Below the pieces are notes generated by a model, which saw only the letters and a program-made list of their open reading frames with translations, made no database searches and was not told the origin of the DNA. Below are positions 19,100-28,465 of a DNA stretch of 64,000 nt, in pieces. The stretch's first letter is position 1. Each line of letters opens with the position of its first letter. Made by a program: the position numbers and the translations under genes. Origin of the DNA: Candidatus Latescibacterota bacterium (GTDB lineage Bacteria; Latescibacterota; UBA2968); the NCBI GenBank assembly GCA_965204375.1, contig OZ241986.1, positions 5,856,001 through 5,920,000 on the forward strand. Direction: 5' to 3'.

Positions 19100-20094
19100 C
19101 ATTTGGTTCTATCATATAAATTCCTCACGGGTATCAAAGGAGAACAACCAAATACTTTTGCGCTTGTCGCTATCAGTTTTGGAACTCTGTATCTGTCCGC
19201 TTTCGATACGTCAACCACATATCCCAAATCTGCGAGTGCTTGAACTGTGATTGCGGAAAGAGGGGTGTTGAAATTTTGCGATGGTCGTGGTGTCATAACT
19301 TCGTTACCCAGTGTCTGTTCTTTCCAATGACTTGCCTCCTCATCTAAGGGTATTTTCCCAATACCTCCTGAATCATTAAACGCTTTTACTGCAAGAGGTC
19401 CCAAATATAAAAAACTGTTATCCATTCTTTCAAAAATAAAATCACCCCAAAGAGTCCCTATTCCAAGAACATGTCCTATTTCATGGATAGATAAACGGTA
19501 AAAATGACCCTCCCAATAGTCTGTGTTTTCTTTGTGTCTGAATTTCCCCGCGTCAAGAGCGACATAACCAATACTTGGGAGTCTATCCAAAATAAATCTA
19601 TCAGTATCAGGGTCATAAATATACCAAATGTTTTGTGGTCCTGCTTGACCTGCTAAAATCTCAAGTCTGATATTCCCAAAGAAAATTCTAATGTCGTCCA
19701 CAACATCGCCGACATAAATTTGACTCTCATTAAATGGGTAAAAAATATCATTATAGGGTTCTGAACTGTAATCCTTGTCTGACAAATCCCCGACAATAAC
19801 TTCCTCCCAACGTCTCGCCGCAGATTCAATTATCTCGATTTCCCTTTGTGTAAATCCGTGATCCTCGATAAAAGCGACTTCGATATTGAAACCAGTGGAC
19901 GGGTCACGTTCCCCGAAGTGTTGAACGAATATCAGAAAATCAGAAAAACCAACATCGCCGCTTTGGTCAAGGTCATAAGCGGGCGATGCTGAACCAAAGT
20001 TCTGAGCAAACAAAAGGAAGTCTGCGAAGTCGCATGTCCCGTTTCCGTCAAAGTCGGGAAATATGATTGCCAATGCTATTAGTAGAGTTTTCAT
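19099..20094 (-). CDS. EF-hand/dockerin-like domain + leishmanolysin-like (M8) zinc metallopeptidase
   Basis: DFDGNGTCDFADFLLFAQNFG/DLDQSGDVGFSDFLIF; AARRWE; HEIGHVLGIG; SHW...EVMT; LSAITVQALADLGY. Confidence 0.8.
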   Translation of the reverse strand: MKTLLIALAIIFPDFDGNGTCDFADFLLFAQNFGSASPAYDLDQSGDVGFSDFLIFVQHFGERDPSTGFNIEVAFIEDHGFTQREIEIIESAARRWEEVIVGDLSDKDYSSEPYNDIFYPFNESQIYVGDVVDDIRIFFGNIRLEILAGQAGPQNIWYIYDPDTDRFILDRLPSIGYVALDAGKFRHKENTDYWEGHFYRLSIHEIGHVLGIGTLWGDFIFERMDNSFLYLGPLAVKAFNDSGGIGKIPLDEEASHWKEQTLGNEVMTPRPSQNFNTPLSAITVQALADLGYVVDVSKADRYRVPKLIATSAKVFGCSPLIPVRNLYDRTK

Positions 20095-20274
20095 GCTTGA
20101 AAATATAAGAACTCTTGACAAGTGAGCAAGCGTTATATTATTATTAAGGAAAATCAAATACCGCAATCACAATCTCTGCACTTTCAACCCGATCAATCCT
20201 TGTTTTCCAAGCACTTCTCGCCGCGTTATATAAACCTTCTCTCCCAAGTCCATCCCAATTCTGCCCAACATATT

Positions 20275-20583
20275 AATGCGTGGGATGTGGAGGAAATGTA
20301 TGGTCATCTCGTAGGAACAAAGCGACCGAATCTCTGGGGGTTATATGACATGCACGGCAATGTATCGGAGTGGGTGCAGGATTGGAAGAATAGTGATTAT
20401 TATCGTTCTTCTCCATCGGTGGATCCGGCTGGCCCGTCGTCAGACTCAGGCTCGGGTCGTGGTCTGCGGGGCGGCGACTTTTACGGCTACGCCCAGGATG
20501 TGCGGTCGGCGCGTCGCTTCAGCTACTGGCCCGGCGGGCGGGCCAACAACGTTGGATTTCGGCTTCTGAGAGAGGGGCCGTAG
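20275..20583 (+). pseudogene. C-terminal fragment of formylglycine-generating-enzyme (SUMF1/C-lectin fold) domain protein; DGR target-like
   Basis: VGTKRPNLWGLYDMHGNVSEWVQDW...RGG...RSA.R...GFRL; no proper 5' part. Confidence 0.8.
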
Positions 20584-20660
20584 CTCTTTTCCTTTTAACA
20601 CTTTGTTGTTTTGGGGTGGTAAACTGACGTGGGCGCAATGCCGAGCGTGTGTAAGCTGTC

Positions 20661-20699
20661 TGAATCAGGATTTTCAGGATTAAAGGATGATCAGGATGG
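20661..20699. repeat. Short imperfect 9-mer tandem repeat (xxCAGGATT type)
   Basis: TGAATCAGGATTTTCAGGATTAAAGGATGATCAGGAT. Confidence 0.55.
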
Positions 20700-20744
20700 A
20701 GGTGTATCCAACCATATTGCACTTATGCCCGAATGCAATATGTG

Positions 20745-20787
20745 CAAAAGCCCGACTTGATTAGAACAGGTCGGGCTTTTGTTTTTC
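20745..20787 (+). terminator. Rho-independent terminator (potentially bidirectional)
   Basis: CAAAAGCCCGAC...GTCGGGCTTTTG followed by a T-tract. Confidence 0.75.
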
Positions 20788-21044
20788 TGAATACTGTTTA
20801 AGGCGCAAGATGGGAGATCGCATCACTTATCTAATATATCCCGAAATGCCTCCAGACTGGACACCTGGACCGCCGCACGGAGCAACTGCTTGAGGCGTTG
20901 CAAATTTTCGATAGCCGCAATGCGAGCAGATAGGGGGGGTCTGCACTTGAATTTTAGAATCACCTTTTGACGTGACAGATGCTGGTATAATCCCTACATT
21001 TATTTTGCTGACCGAAGAGTCACAATCCACAAAAGGGGAAAAAG

Positions 21045-21293
21045 ATGAACCAGTCGCGGGGACTCGACCCTGTTATTGAGGTGTACAAAAAGGACATTGA
21101 CCGAACACTCATTCGCCGAAATCTCAAACTTTCTCATGAAGAACGGTTGCAAAATGCGATGGAGCTTCAACGCTTTGCACAGGAGTTGCGAAAAGCTGGG
21201 CGTCGTGTCAAACGAGCGGCAGGCAGACCCAAAGATCTCGAAGCAATTTCAGAACTTGAAGCTATTCGAGAAGAGGAACAAAATGAGGAGTGA
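21045..21293 (+). pseudogene. Small antitoxin-like protein fused to the C-terminal tail of a deleted nucleotidyltransferase-type gene
   Basis: DPVIEVYKKDIDRTLIRRNLKLSHEERL followed by VKRAAGRPKDLEAISELEAIREE, a tail typical of small NTase-fold proteins. Confidence 0.55.
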
Positions 21294-21481
21294 TTTTCTG
21301 CCTGTTTTAAACATTTGAGTCAAAGAGGCTTGTCAATCGCGAATAGAAATGCCCTGGTACAGTTGATGCCGGGGCATTTTTTTAAAGCTATTTGTGACCG
21401 CATACGTGAAAGTCGTTGACAAGGCTGGAGAGCCGTCCATAATTTTGATTTGTGAAAACAAAACCTTTTAAAGGAGACACC

Positions 21482-22414
21482 ATGGAACCCTGGTCTTTTC
21501 TTCATATCTGCGATATGCAACCCGGTTCGCCCCGGTCCTATCGCTTCAATCAGCGAAATATGGACAATTGGCAGACGGCGTACCGACAGATTCAAGATAT
21601 TACCGATGTGGATTTGATGCTCATAGGTGGCGATCTCACGCGGGATGGGGCGCTCCACGATTTTGAGTATGAGGTTGCAAAACGCGAACTCGATGCTTTG
21701 CCTTATCCGTATTATGCGATTCCCGGCAATATGGATACGTGCAACAAGCATACGGATAAAAATGGTGCTACCGGGCGCGAGGATATTCGCCTGAATGTCA
21801 CAGCCGAGCAATTGGATCGGTTTGTGCCCTTTTTCGGCGATTTTCCCTGGAGTTTTGTTCATAAGAGTGTGCGCTTTAGCGGTTTTTATGCGGCTGTGGC
21901 GGGTTCGGGATTGCCCCATGAGACGCGTATGTGGGATTGGCTCGAAAGTGAGTTGCCGTCCCTTCCCCGTGCGGCGCATCACGTTGTGACGATGCACTAT
22001 ACCCTTTTTATGGATACGCTCGATGAACCCAAGTGGGATATTACAAAGGCGGACGAGTACCGAGATTGGTATTTTTCTATTGATCCGCCACATAGACAGC
22101 GCATTTTTGAGGCGTTTAAAAATTCCGGTGTGTCCATTGTTCTCAGCGGGCATATTCACTGTCGTCGTCCGCCCCAGGTTGTTGAGGGTATTTCCTTTTA
22201 CCGCTGCGCGGGTATAGCGATGCCCCAGGCTACTGACCGGTGGGCAGATGGCGATCCCACGTTAGGGTTCTATCGTTTTGACGTGACAGACGCTGATATA
22301 ACCCCTACATTTATTCCTCTGACCGAAGAATCACAATCCAACGAGGGTTATGGCCCCGGGGGTCATCCCAGACCCGAGGAGCGAGACTATTCGCTCGCGT
22401 GGGAAAGAGGTTAG
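21482..22414 (+). CDS. Calcineurin-like metallophosphoesterase
   Basis: HICDMQ, GGDLT, PGNMD, MHY, LSGHIH; AGGAG RBS before ATG 21482. Confidence 0.85.
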   Translation: MEPWSFLHICDMQPGSPRSYRFNQRNMDNWQTAYRQIQDITDVDLMLIGGDLTRDGALHDFEYEVAKRELDALPYPYYAIPGNMDTCNKHTDKNGATGREDIRLNVTAEQLDRFVPFFGDFPWSFVHKSVRFSGFYAAVAGSGLPHETRMWDWLESELPSLPRAAHHVVTMHYTLFMDTLDEPKWDITKADEYRDWYFSIDPPHRQRIFEAFKNSGVSIVLSGHIHCRRPPQVVEGISFYRCAGIAMPQATDRWADGDPTLGFYRFDVTDADITPTFIPLTEESQSNEGYGPGGHPRPEERDYSLAWERG

Positions 22415-22444
22415 GGGCTAGAATTAAAAAAGAGGAGAAACAAG

Positions 22445-22627
22445 ATGAACCGGTCGCGCGGACTCGATCCTATTATTGAGGTGTACAAAAAGGATGTTGA
22501 TCGAACACTCATTCGCAGAAATCTCAAACTTTCCCATGAAGAACGGTTGCAAAATGCGATGGAGCTTCAACGTTTTGCACAGGAATTGCGAAAAGCTGGG
22601 CGTCGTAAGCAACAAAATGAGGAGTGA
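22445..22627 (+). CDS. Small antitoxin-like protein (second copy; partner gene absent)
   Basis: Near-identical to the first 54 codons of 21045..21293; GAGGAG RBS. Confidence 0.6.
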   Translation: MNRSRGLDPIIEVYKKDVDRTLIRRNLKLSHEERLQNAMELQRFAQELRKAGRRKQQNEE

Positions 22628-22632
22628 TTTTT

Positions 22633-24375
22633 ATGTCTGTTTTACATATTACGTCACCTGTTGCCCCCCCTGAGTGGGCACTTTTGCAACGGGAACTGAT
22701 GCGCGCGCAGGCCACGGCGTGCGAAGTTTTTTATCACCGCTATTTCGACATCCGGGGGTATCTTAAGTGCATTCCGCGGTGGGGGGGTAATGATGGGCCA
22801 GATGATGCGATAGAAAATCTTACGGGGTATTCGATGGTGCATACGTTGGGTGGTCCAGCGCATATTCTCGATCTTTACAAGCAGGCGTGGGAAGGGCATA
22901 TCGAACAGTATTCGGAGGCTAAAACCGAGGTTGTGCCTATCGGGCGTGACGGTATGTATTACAAGGAGTTTCCCGCGTGTTTCGACTGGTTCCACCACGG
23001 GGAATCGCTCACTATTTTTAATTTGCAGGGGTTGTCCGATCCGCATGAGGTTACATTTGGTCACCGCGTGCGTCGCTACGCTGGTTTTTATATGGATGAA
23101 GATCCTCAGGCGAAGAATTACGATCCCGAGCACAAAGTTATCCGCAGCCTTTTCAATGGCAGTCGAGGGCCTTTGTTGCGAAAAGCCACGGGGCTTGATT
23201 GGGCAGGGGATCCCTTTGAGGTTGAGGGGCGCTTTCCCGCGCCGCGCCACGGTGAGCGCAATTTTGAAGAGATGCTCATGCATTTTGAAGATTATACCGA
23301 TGTGATTGGCGATCATCCCCTGAATCTCGCGGCGACTACGCTGGGTCTCAATGCGTTCGCGCTGGCTGGTGAGGAGAAATACCGCTCATGGTTGCTGGGA
23401 TACGTGGATGCGTGGGCTGGTCGCGCGGCTGAGAATAACGGTATTCTTCCGTCCAATATCGGTCTTGACGGTACGATTGGCGGTGCGTGTGATGGCAAGT
23501 GGTATGGCGGTTGTTACGGCTGGGGATTTACGGTGGTTGTTCCGCAAACGGGGGATCTTGCCAACCGCAATTCCATAGCCCGTGGTATAGCAGGGTTTGG
23601 CAATGCGCTTCTTTTGACGGGAGACCAGAAATATCCGATTGTCTGGCGCACGATGCTCAATGCGGTGAATAGCAATAGCAAGGATGTCGATGGGGAAATA
23701 CAATATCCGCATATGCACGGCGATGATGGTTGGTATAGCTATAGCCCCCAGCCCTTTAATCAGGGTGCGCTCGATGTGTATTACTGGACAATGGATGATG
23801 CCGATCTTCAGTATATTTCCGCAGATCCATGGATAGACTATCTGCGAGGAGATAATCCCGATCATCCTGCGCGCACGTTGCGAAATGCGTTGAGCGCGAT
23901 TCGCGGCAAGATGGAGAGTGTGCGCAATGATACGTCTTCTACGGATACCCGATTATCCGACGATCCATTGCCCTATAATCCCGCGACTACTGTGAATGCG
24001 CTCATTCAACTCCAGCTCGGTGGTTTAGCGCCGCGCCACGGCGAGCCTTTACATTGTCGTGTGCGTTATTTTGATCCTGAGAATCGCCGTCCTGGATTGC
24101 CGTCGGATGTGGCTGCTCTTGTGGAAAAGCTGACCGCGGATGGTGTTGTGTTATCACTCGTGAATGTCAATCAGACCGAATACCGCGATCTCATTGTCCA
24201 GAGCGGTGCTTATGCCGAACACCAGATTATTGCTGCGGAGGTCGATGGTAGTACATCTGATATTGATGCATCGTGGATGTCCGTTCGCCTTGGTCCCGGC
24301 TGCGGTGCGCGATTTACACTTAAAACAGAACGCTATGTCAATCCACCCACTTTTGCGTTTCCATGGGAAAGATAA
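22633..24375 (+). CDS. Uncharacterised protein (possible alpha/alpha-barrel enzyme)
   Basis: Long ORF with typical codon usage; DGPDDAIE and DWFHHGE acidic/His motifs. Confidence 0.7.
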   Translation: MSVLHITSPVAPPEWALLQRELMRAQATACEVFYHRYFDIRGYLKCIPRWGGNDGPDDAIENLTGYSMVHTLGGPAHILDLYKQAWEGHIEQYSEAKTEVVPIGRDGMYYKEFPACFDWFHHGESLTIFNLQGLSDPHEVTFGHRVRRYAGFYMDEDPQAKNYDPEHKVIRSLFNGSRGPLLRKATGLDWAGDPFEVEGRFPAPRHGERNFEEMLMHFEDYTDVIGDHPLNLAATTLGLNAFALAGEEKYRSWLLGYVDAWAGRAAENNGILPSNIGLDGTIGGACDGKWYGGCYGWGFTVVVPQTGDLANRNSIARGIAGFGNALLLTGDQKYPIVWRTMLNAVNSNSKDVDGEIQYPHMHGDDGWYSYSPQPFNQGALDVYYWTMDDADLQYISADPWIDYLRGDNPDHPARTLRNALSAIRGKMESVRNDTSSTDTRLSDDPLPYNPATTVNALIQLQLGGLAPRHGEPLHCRVRYFDPENRRPGLPSDVAALVEKLTADGVVLSLVNVNQTEYRDLIVQSGAYAEHQIIAAEVDGSTSDIDASWMSVRLGPGCGARFTLKTERYVNPPTFAFPWER

Positions 24376-24403
24376 ATCCAGCAATCAATAAAAGGAGTTT
24401 CTT

Positions 24404-25354
24404 ATGTCCAGAATTAATGTTGGTCTTGCCCGCCGCGAAAATCGCCGGCAGAATGTATTTGGTGCGTTCGATCTTATCCGAGATGATGTGGTTCCCAGGC
24501 TCGCCGAGCAGGTGATGCTCAAGCCCAATTTTCTTTCGTCTAAAAATCAACTGGCGTCTTCTCATCCCGATGCGATGCGAGGGGCTATTGATTTTTTGCT
24601 CACTACGCCCAGTCCACCGGATGAAATTCTCATTGCCGAGGGGGGTAATGAAGATATTCCGGGAGAAGCTTTTGACAATTTCGGGTATCACGCGCTAATA
24701 GACGAATACGATATTCCCATTCGACTCATTGATCTCAATTCTGAGACCCGATGGGAGACTGTGCCCATTTTCCTCGATGATCGTACGGAATACGTTATAC
24801 ATATGCCCAAAACAGTGCTGGATTGTCCGTGCACGATTTCGATGGCGGTTGCCAAAACCCACGATGTCACAGTTGTCACGCTCGCGCTCAAGAATATGAT
24901 TATGGGTACGATCCGGAAAGAAGACCGCGTTAAGATGCACGGGTTTCCTTCCCATCCAGAACGTCTGCGTCCCAACGAGTCCAAACGGCTCAATGTCAAT
25001 CTCATTCGGCTCGCCAAGTATTTGGCGCCTGATGTTGGCGTAATTGATGGTACTGTGGGTTTGCAGGGTAATGGTCCCGGGGGGACGGATTCGGTTGATC
25101 TGGGCGTTGCCGCGGCGAGTGTGGATGTTTTCGCTGTGGATGCGGTTATGACCAGTGTTATGGGTTTTGAACCCGCCAAGCAGGGGCTGCTCTATTACGC
25201 CAATCAACTCGGCATTGGTGTGACAGATCTCAACAATATCAATATTCTCGGAACTGCTATAGAAGATGTTGCCAGAGCATTCAAGCCCCATAAGTGGATC
25301 GAAGAACAACGCCAGTGGCACGAGCCAAATGCCATGGTCGATATTTTTGCGTGA
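24404..25354 (+). CDS. DUF362 domain protein
   Basis: VMLKPN, IAEG, KTH..VTLALKN, IDG..GLQGNGP, D.FAVDAV..VMGF. Confidence 0.85.
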   Translation: MSRINVGLARRENRRQNVFGAFDLIRDDVVPRLAEQVMLKPNFLSSKNQLASSHPDAMRGAIDFLLTTPSPPDEILIAEGGNEDIPGEAFDNFGYHALIDEYDIPIRLIDLNSETRWETVPIFLDDRTEYVIHMPKTVLDCPCTISMAVAKTHDVTVVTLALKNMIMGTIRKEDRVKMHGFPSHPERLRPNESKRLNVNLIRLAKYLAPDVGVIDGTVGLQGNGPGGTDSVDLGVAAASVDVFAVDAVMTSVMGFEPAKQGLLYYANQLGIGVTDLNNINILGTAIEDVARAFKPHKWIEEQRQWHEPNAMVDIFA

Positions 25355-25383
25355 TAACGATTCCGACCATATAGGAGTTTTTC

Positions 25384-26454
25384 TTGCCTACTATTGTCCT
25401 CATTGGCGGGGGTACTGCCGGGCATGTTACGCCAAATATCGCGCTGTTGCCCGGTTTGCGCGATGCTGGATACGATGTGCATTATATCGGTACGCGGGAC
25501 GGTATAGAGAGAGAACTGATCGCACGGGAGGGCATTTCCTATTACGCGGTTCCCGCAGGCAAACTCCGCCGCTATCTGGACTGGCAAAATTTTACCGATC
25601 TCGCTCGCATTAAGTTTGGGTTTCTCAAGTCGCTGTTGATTCTCGTTCGTATCAGGCCCGATATCGTTTTTAGTAAGGGGGGATTTGTTACGCCGCCCAT
25701 TATCTGGGCTGCGTGGTTGCTGGGCATTCCCGTCGTGTGTCACGAATCGGATCTCACGCCGGGGTTAGCCAATAAGCTCTCTCTTCCGTTTGCCCGACGC
25801 ATTTGCTATGCTTTTGCCGAGACTGCCAAATATTTGCCTGCTGGCAAAGCGGTTCATACGGGTATTCCGGTTCGCGCAGAACTGGCAAATGGCGATGCTC
25901 AAAAAGGGCGCGGTTTGTGCGCTTTTACGTCCGAGAAACCCGTTATTCTCATTATGGGAGGTAGCCTGGGATCGCGTGCGATTAATGAGGCAGTTCGCGC
26001 CGCACTTCCCGATTTGCTTGTCGATTACCAGATTTGTCATTTGTGTGGGCAGGGCAATCTCGACTCTACTTTCGATCAGATCGAAGGTTACGCGCAGTTT
26101 GAATATGTCGCGGATGACTTGCCCCATCTTTTTGCGGCGACCGATTTTATTGTTTCTCGCGCTGGTGCTACCACACTTTTTGAATTTCTTTCGCTCCAAA
26201 AACCCGCGCTTTTGATTCCCCTTTCCCTGCAAGCCAGTCGCGGAGATCAGATCGATAATGCCGAGGCATTTCGAAATGCCGGTTATGGCCTTGTTCTCTC
26301 AGAAGATGGTCTCACGCCCGACGCGCTTTGCAAAGCTATCCGCGATTTGTGCGATCAGAGCGACGCGCTTCGTCAATCTATGTCCGAGTGGGGTGGACGG
26401 GACGCTATTGCGGAGATCCTTTCAATTCTCGCCGATTGTCTGAATAAGAATTGA
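25384..26454 (+). CDS. murG: UDP-GlcNAc:lipid I N-acetylglucosaminyltransferase
   Basis: GGGTAGHV, KGGFV, HESD..PGLAN, GGSLGS, SRAGA, DQIDNA. Confidence 0.92.
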   Translation: MPTIVLIGGGTAGHVTPNIALLPGLRDAGYDVHYIGTRDGIERELIAREGISYYAVPAGKLRRYLDWQNFTDLARIKFGFLKSLLILVRIRPDIVFSKGGFVTPPIIWAAWLLGIPVVCHESDLTPGLANKLSLPFARRICYAFAETAKYLPAGKAVHTGIPVRAELANGDAQKGRGLCAFTSEKPVILIMGGSLGSRAINEAVRAALPDLLVDYQICHLCGQGNLDSTFDQIEGYAQFEYVADDLPHLFAATDFIVSRAGATTLFEFLSLQKPALLIPLSLQASRGDQIDNAEAFRNAGYGLVLSEDGLTPDALCKAIRDLCDQSDALRQSMSEWGGRDAIAEILSILADCLNKN

Positions 26455-26459
26455 GTATT

Positions 26460-28430
26460 ATGGCACAAGAAAGACATCCATCTGTTGCACCCACCCGGTT
26501 TGTAAGAGAAGCCGTTACGCTGAAGGCCATTTTGGTCGGCATTGTGGTTATTCTCCTATCCGAAGCCTATATCACCTGGGGCATGATGCATCTGGCTTCT
26601 CGCATGAATAAGTCCTATCTGCCGATGGGGCTGTTTTTTGTGTATGTGGTTCTGGTTTTGACAAATATCGCGTTTGACCGGGCGAAGAGCAGATGGGCAC
26701 TTTCGCAGGCTGAGTTGCAGGTTGCGCTCGGTATGGGTTTGATTGGGGCGTTTTTCCCATTTTTTGGTCTGGCGAGTTTTTTGCCTACGGTGATTGCGGC
26801 GCCCTTTTATCTGGATACGCCGGAGAATGGCTGGCGCGAGCTTTTGCACGAGCATATTCCCAAGTGGATTGTGTTGCATAATGAAGATGGGGCAGCAACG
26901 CTGTTTTACGAGGGTCTTGCCCCGCATCAGTCGATTCCATGGGGCGCGTGGGTGGTGCCGCTTTTCTGGTGGGGATCATTGATCTGCGCTATTGGGTGGC
27001 TGACGTTGTGTATTATGGTGATTTTGCGGAAGCAGTGGGTGGAAAATGAGCGGTTGGAATATCCGCTGATGAATGTGAGTATTAAGATGGCTGCTGGGTC
27101 AGATGATGCCGAGGGCATCGCGCATATGGTTCGACAGCGGGGATTTAAGGTTGGCTGTTTCTTAGGTGCTATGGCTGTTTTGTGGAATATTGTGACCTTT
27201 TTTTATCCTCTGATACCGCGTTTGCCCACGACGCCGAATGCCGCCAGTTGGTTGCGCTGGATGGAGGGCGCACCGACGTTCTGGGTGCAGATCAGTATTT
27301 ATATTATCGGCTTTGCGTATTTCGCGCGTGTGGAGGCGCTGTTCAGTTTTTGGGTGTTTTTTGTTTTGACGGGTATTGAGATGTCTGTGTTTGACCGCCT
27401 CGGTGTGGGGTCTTCTGTTGGGCAGGGCGGGTTGGAGGCGGTTCGGTCTCAGAGTTTTGGCGCGTTTGTGATGATTGTTCTGGTGAGTTTGTGGATGTCG
27501 CGAGGTCATTTGAAGGCGGTGTTTCGAAAAGCTTTTAAGGGTGATGCTGAGGTGGATGATTCGCGGGAGGTGTTGTCTTATCGGACAGCGGTGTTTGGGA
27601 TGTTGATTGGGTTGCTTTATGTGGGTGGGTGGTTGCATTTGGCGGGTATGGAATTGAAGGTGCTGGTGCTGTATATGTTTTTTGCCCTAACTGCCTATAT
27701 CGGATTGTCCCGGATTGTGGCTGAGATGGGGTTGCCTTATGCGAATATTTCGGATACGGCACTGAATTTTGCGCCTATTTATATTTTGGGGTCGCGTGCG
27801 ATTTCAGCACCTTCTATGGTGAGTCAGGGTTTTATCTATGCCCTGTTTGCTACGACGCGCGGGTTTCTCGGTCCACCTCTGGCGCAGACGCTGAAGTTGA
27901 CGAGTGGGTTGAAGTTTCGGCGCAATCGCTTGATCGGTGCGATTGCGATTGCACTGATGCTGGGATTTGTGGGATCTATCGGCGATACGGTTTATACTGC
28001 TTATCGGCACGGTGGCTACAATCTGGGAGGGTTGACGAGGGTGGCGGGCGTCCGGAATAATTATCAAAGAGCCGTGACATGGATCCGCAATCTCCAACCG
28101 CCGGATTGGGATAGGCTTACGTTTGCCGGATCTGGGATGGTGATTGTGTTGTTGTTGACTTTTTTGCGATACAACTTTATCTGGTGGCCTTTGCCCGCTG
28201 TTGGTCTGGCGCTGCAAGGTATGTACATGGCACGTCGTCTGGTGTTTCCGGTTTTTATGGTGTGGGTCTATAAGTCGCTTATTCTGAAGTTTGGGGGTGT
28301 GGCAATGTACCGCAGGGGGCAGCCGTTTTTTATCGGTTTGATGGTGGGCTATGCTTTTGCGGTGTTTTTCTCGACGTTGATCGATCATATCTTTTTTTAT
28401 GGGCACGGTCATGTCGTGCATGATTTTTGA
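26460..28430 (+). CDS. Polytopic membrane protein, DUF6785/DUF6784-like (putative transporter)
   Basis: Many TM helices; IPWGAWVVPL..W, LRKQWVENERLEYP, WWPL, YRRGQPFFIGL. Confidence 0.7.
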   Translation: MAQERHPSVAPTRFVREAVTLKAILVGIVVILLSEAYITWGMMHLASRMNKSYLPMGLFFVYVVLVLTNIAFDRAKSRWALSQAELQVALGMGLIGAFFPFFGLASFLPTVIAAPFYLDTPENGWRELLHEHIPKWIVLHNEDGAATLFYEGLAPHQSIPWGAWVVPLFWWGSLICAIGWLTLCIMVILRKQWVENERLEYPLMNVSIKMAAGSDDAEGIAHMVRQRGFKVGCFLGAMAVLWNIVTFFYPLIPRLPTTPNAASWLRWMEGAPTFWVQISIYIIGFAYFARVEALFSFWVFFVLTGIEMSVFDRLGVGSSVGQGGLEAVRSQSFGAFVMIVLVSLWMSRGHLKAVFRKAFKGDAEVDDSREVLSYRTAVFGMLIGLLYVGGWLHLAGMELKVLVLYMFFALTAYIGLSRIVAEMGLPYANISDTALNFAPIYILGSRAISAPSMVSQGFIYALFATTRGFLGPPLAQTLKLTSGLKFRRNRLIGAIAIALMLGFVGSIGDTVYTAYRHGGYNLGGLTRVAGVRNNYQRAVTWIRNLQPPDWDRLTFAGSGMVIVLLLTFLRYNFIWWPLPAVGLALQGMYMARRLVFPVFMVWVYKSLILKFGGVAMYRRGQPFFIGLMVGYAFAVFFSTLIDHIFFYGHGHVVHDF

Positions 28431-28465
28431 GGACAAGGGATCTCTATAACCAATAGGAGCGAATA

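Noticed and set aside
20122-20274. N-terminal part of the 153-aa ORF 20122..20583
   Set aside because: AT-rich upstream region of the opposite-strand peptidase fortuitously in frame with the FGE remnant
18564-20274. AT-rich insert as a prophage
   Set aside because: Only two ORFs, with no structural, integrase or replication genes
20455-20606. A complete DGR cassette in this window
   Set aside because: No reverse transcriptase, avd-like gene or template repeat seen; only a target-like region
20827-21030. 67-aa ORF with CSHC motif as a zinc-finger protein
   Set aside because: Partly antisense to the duplicated phosphoesterase fragment, only one Cys pair and no clear RBS
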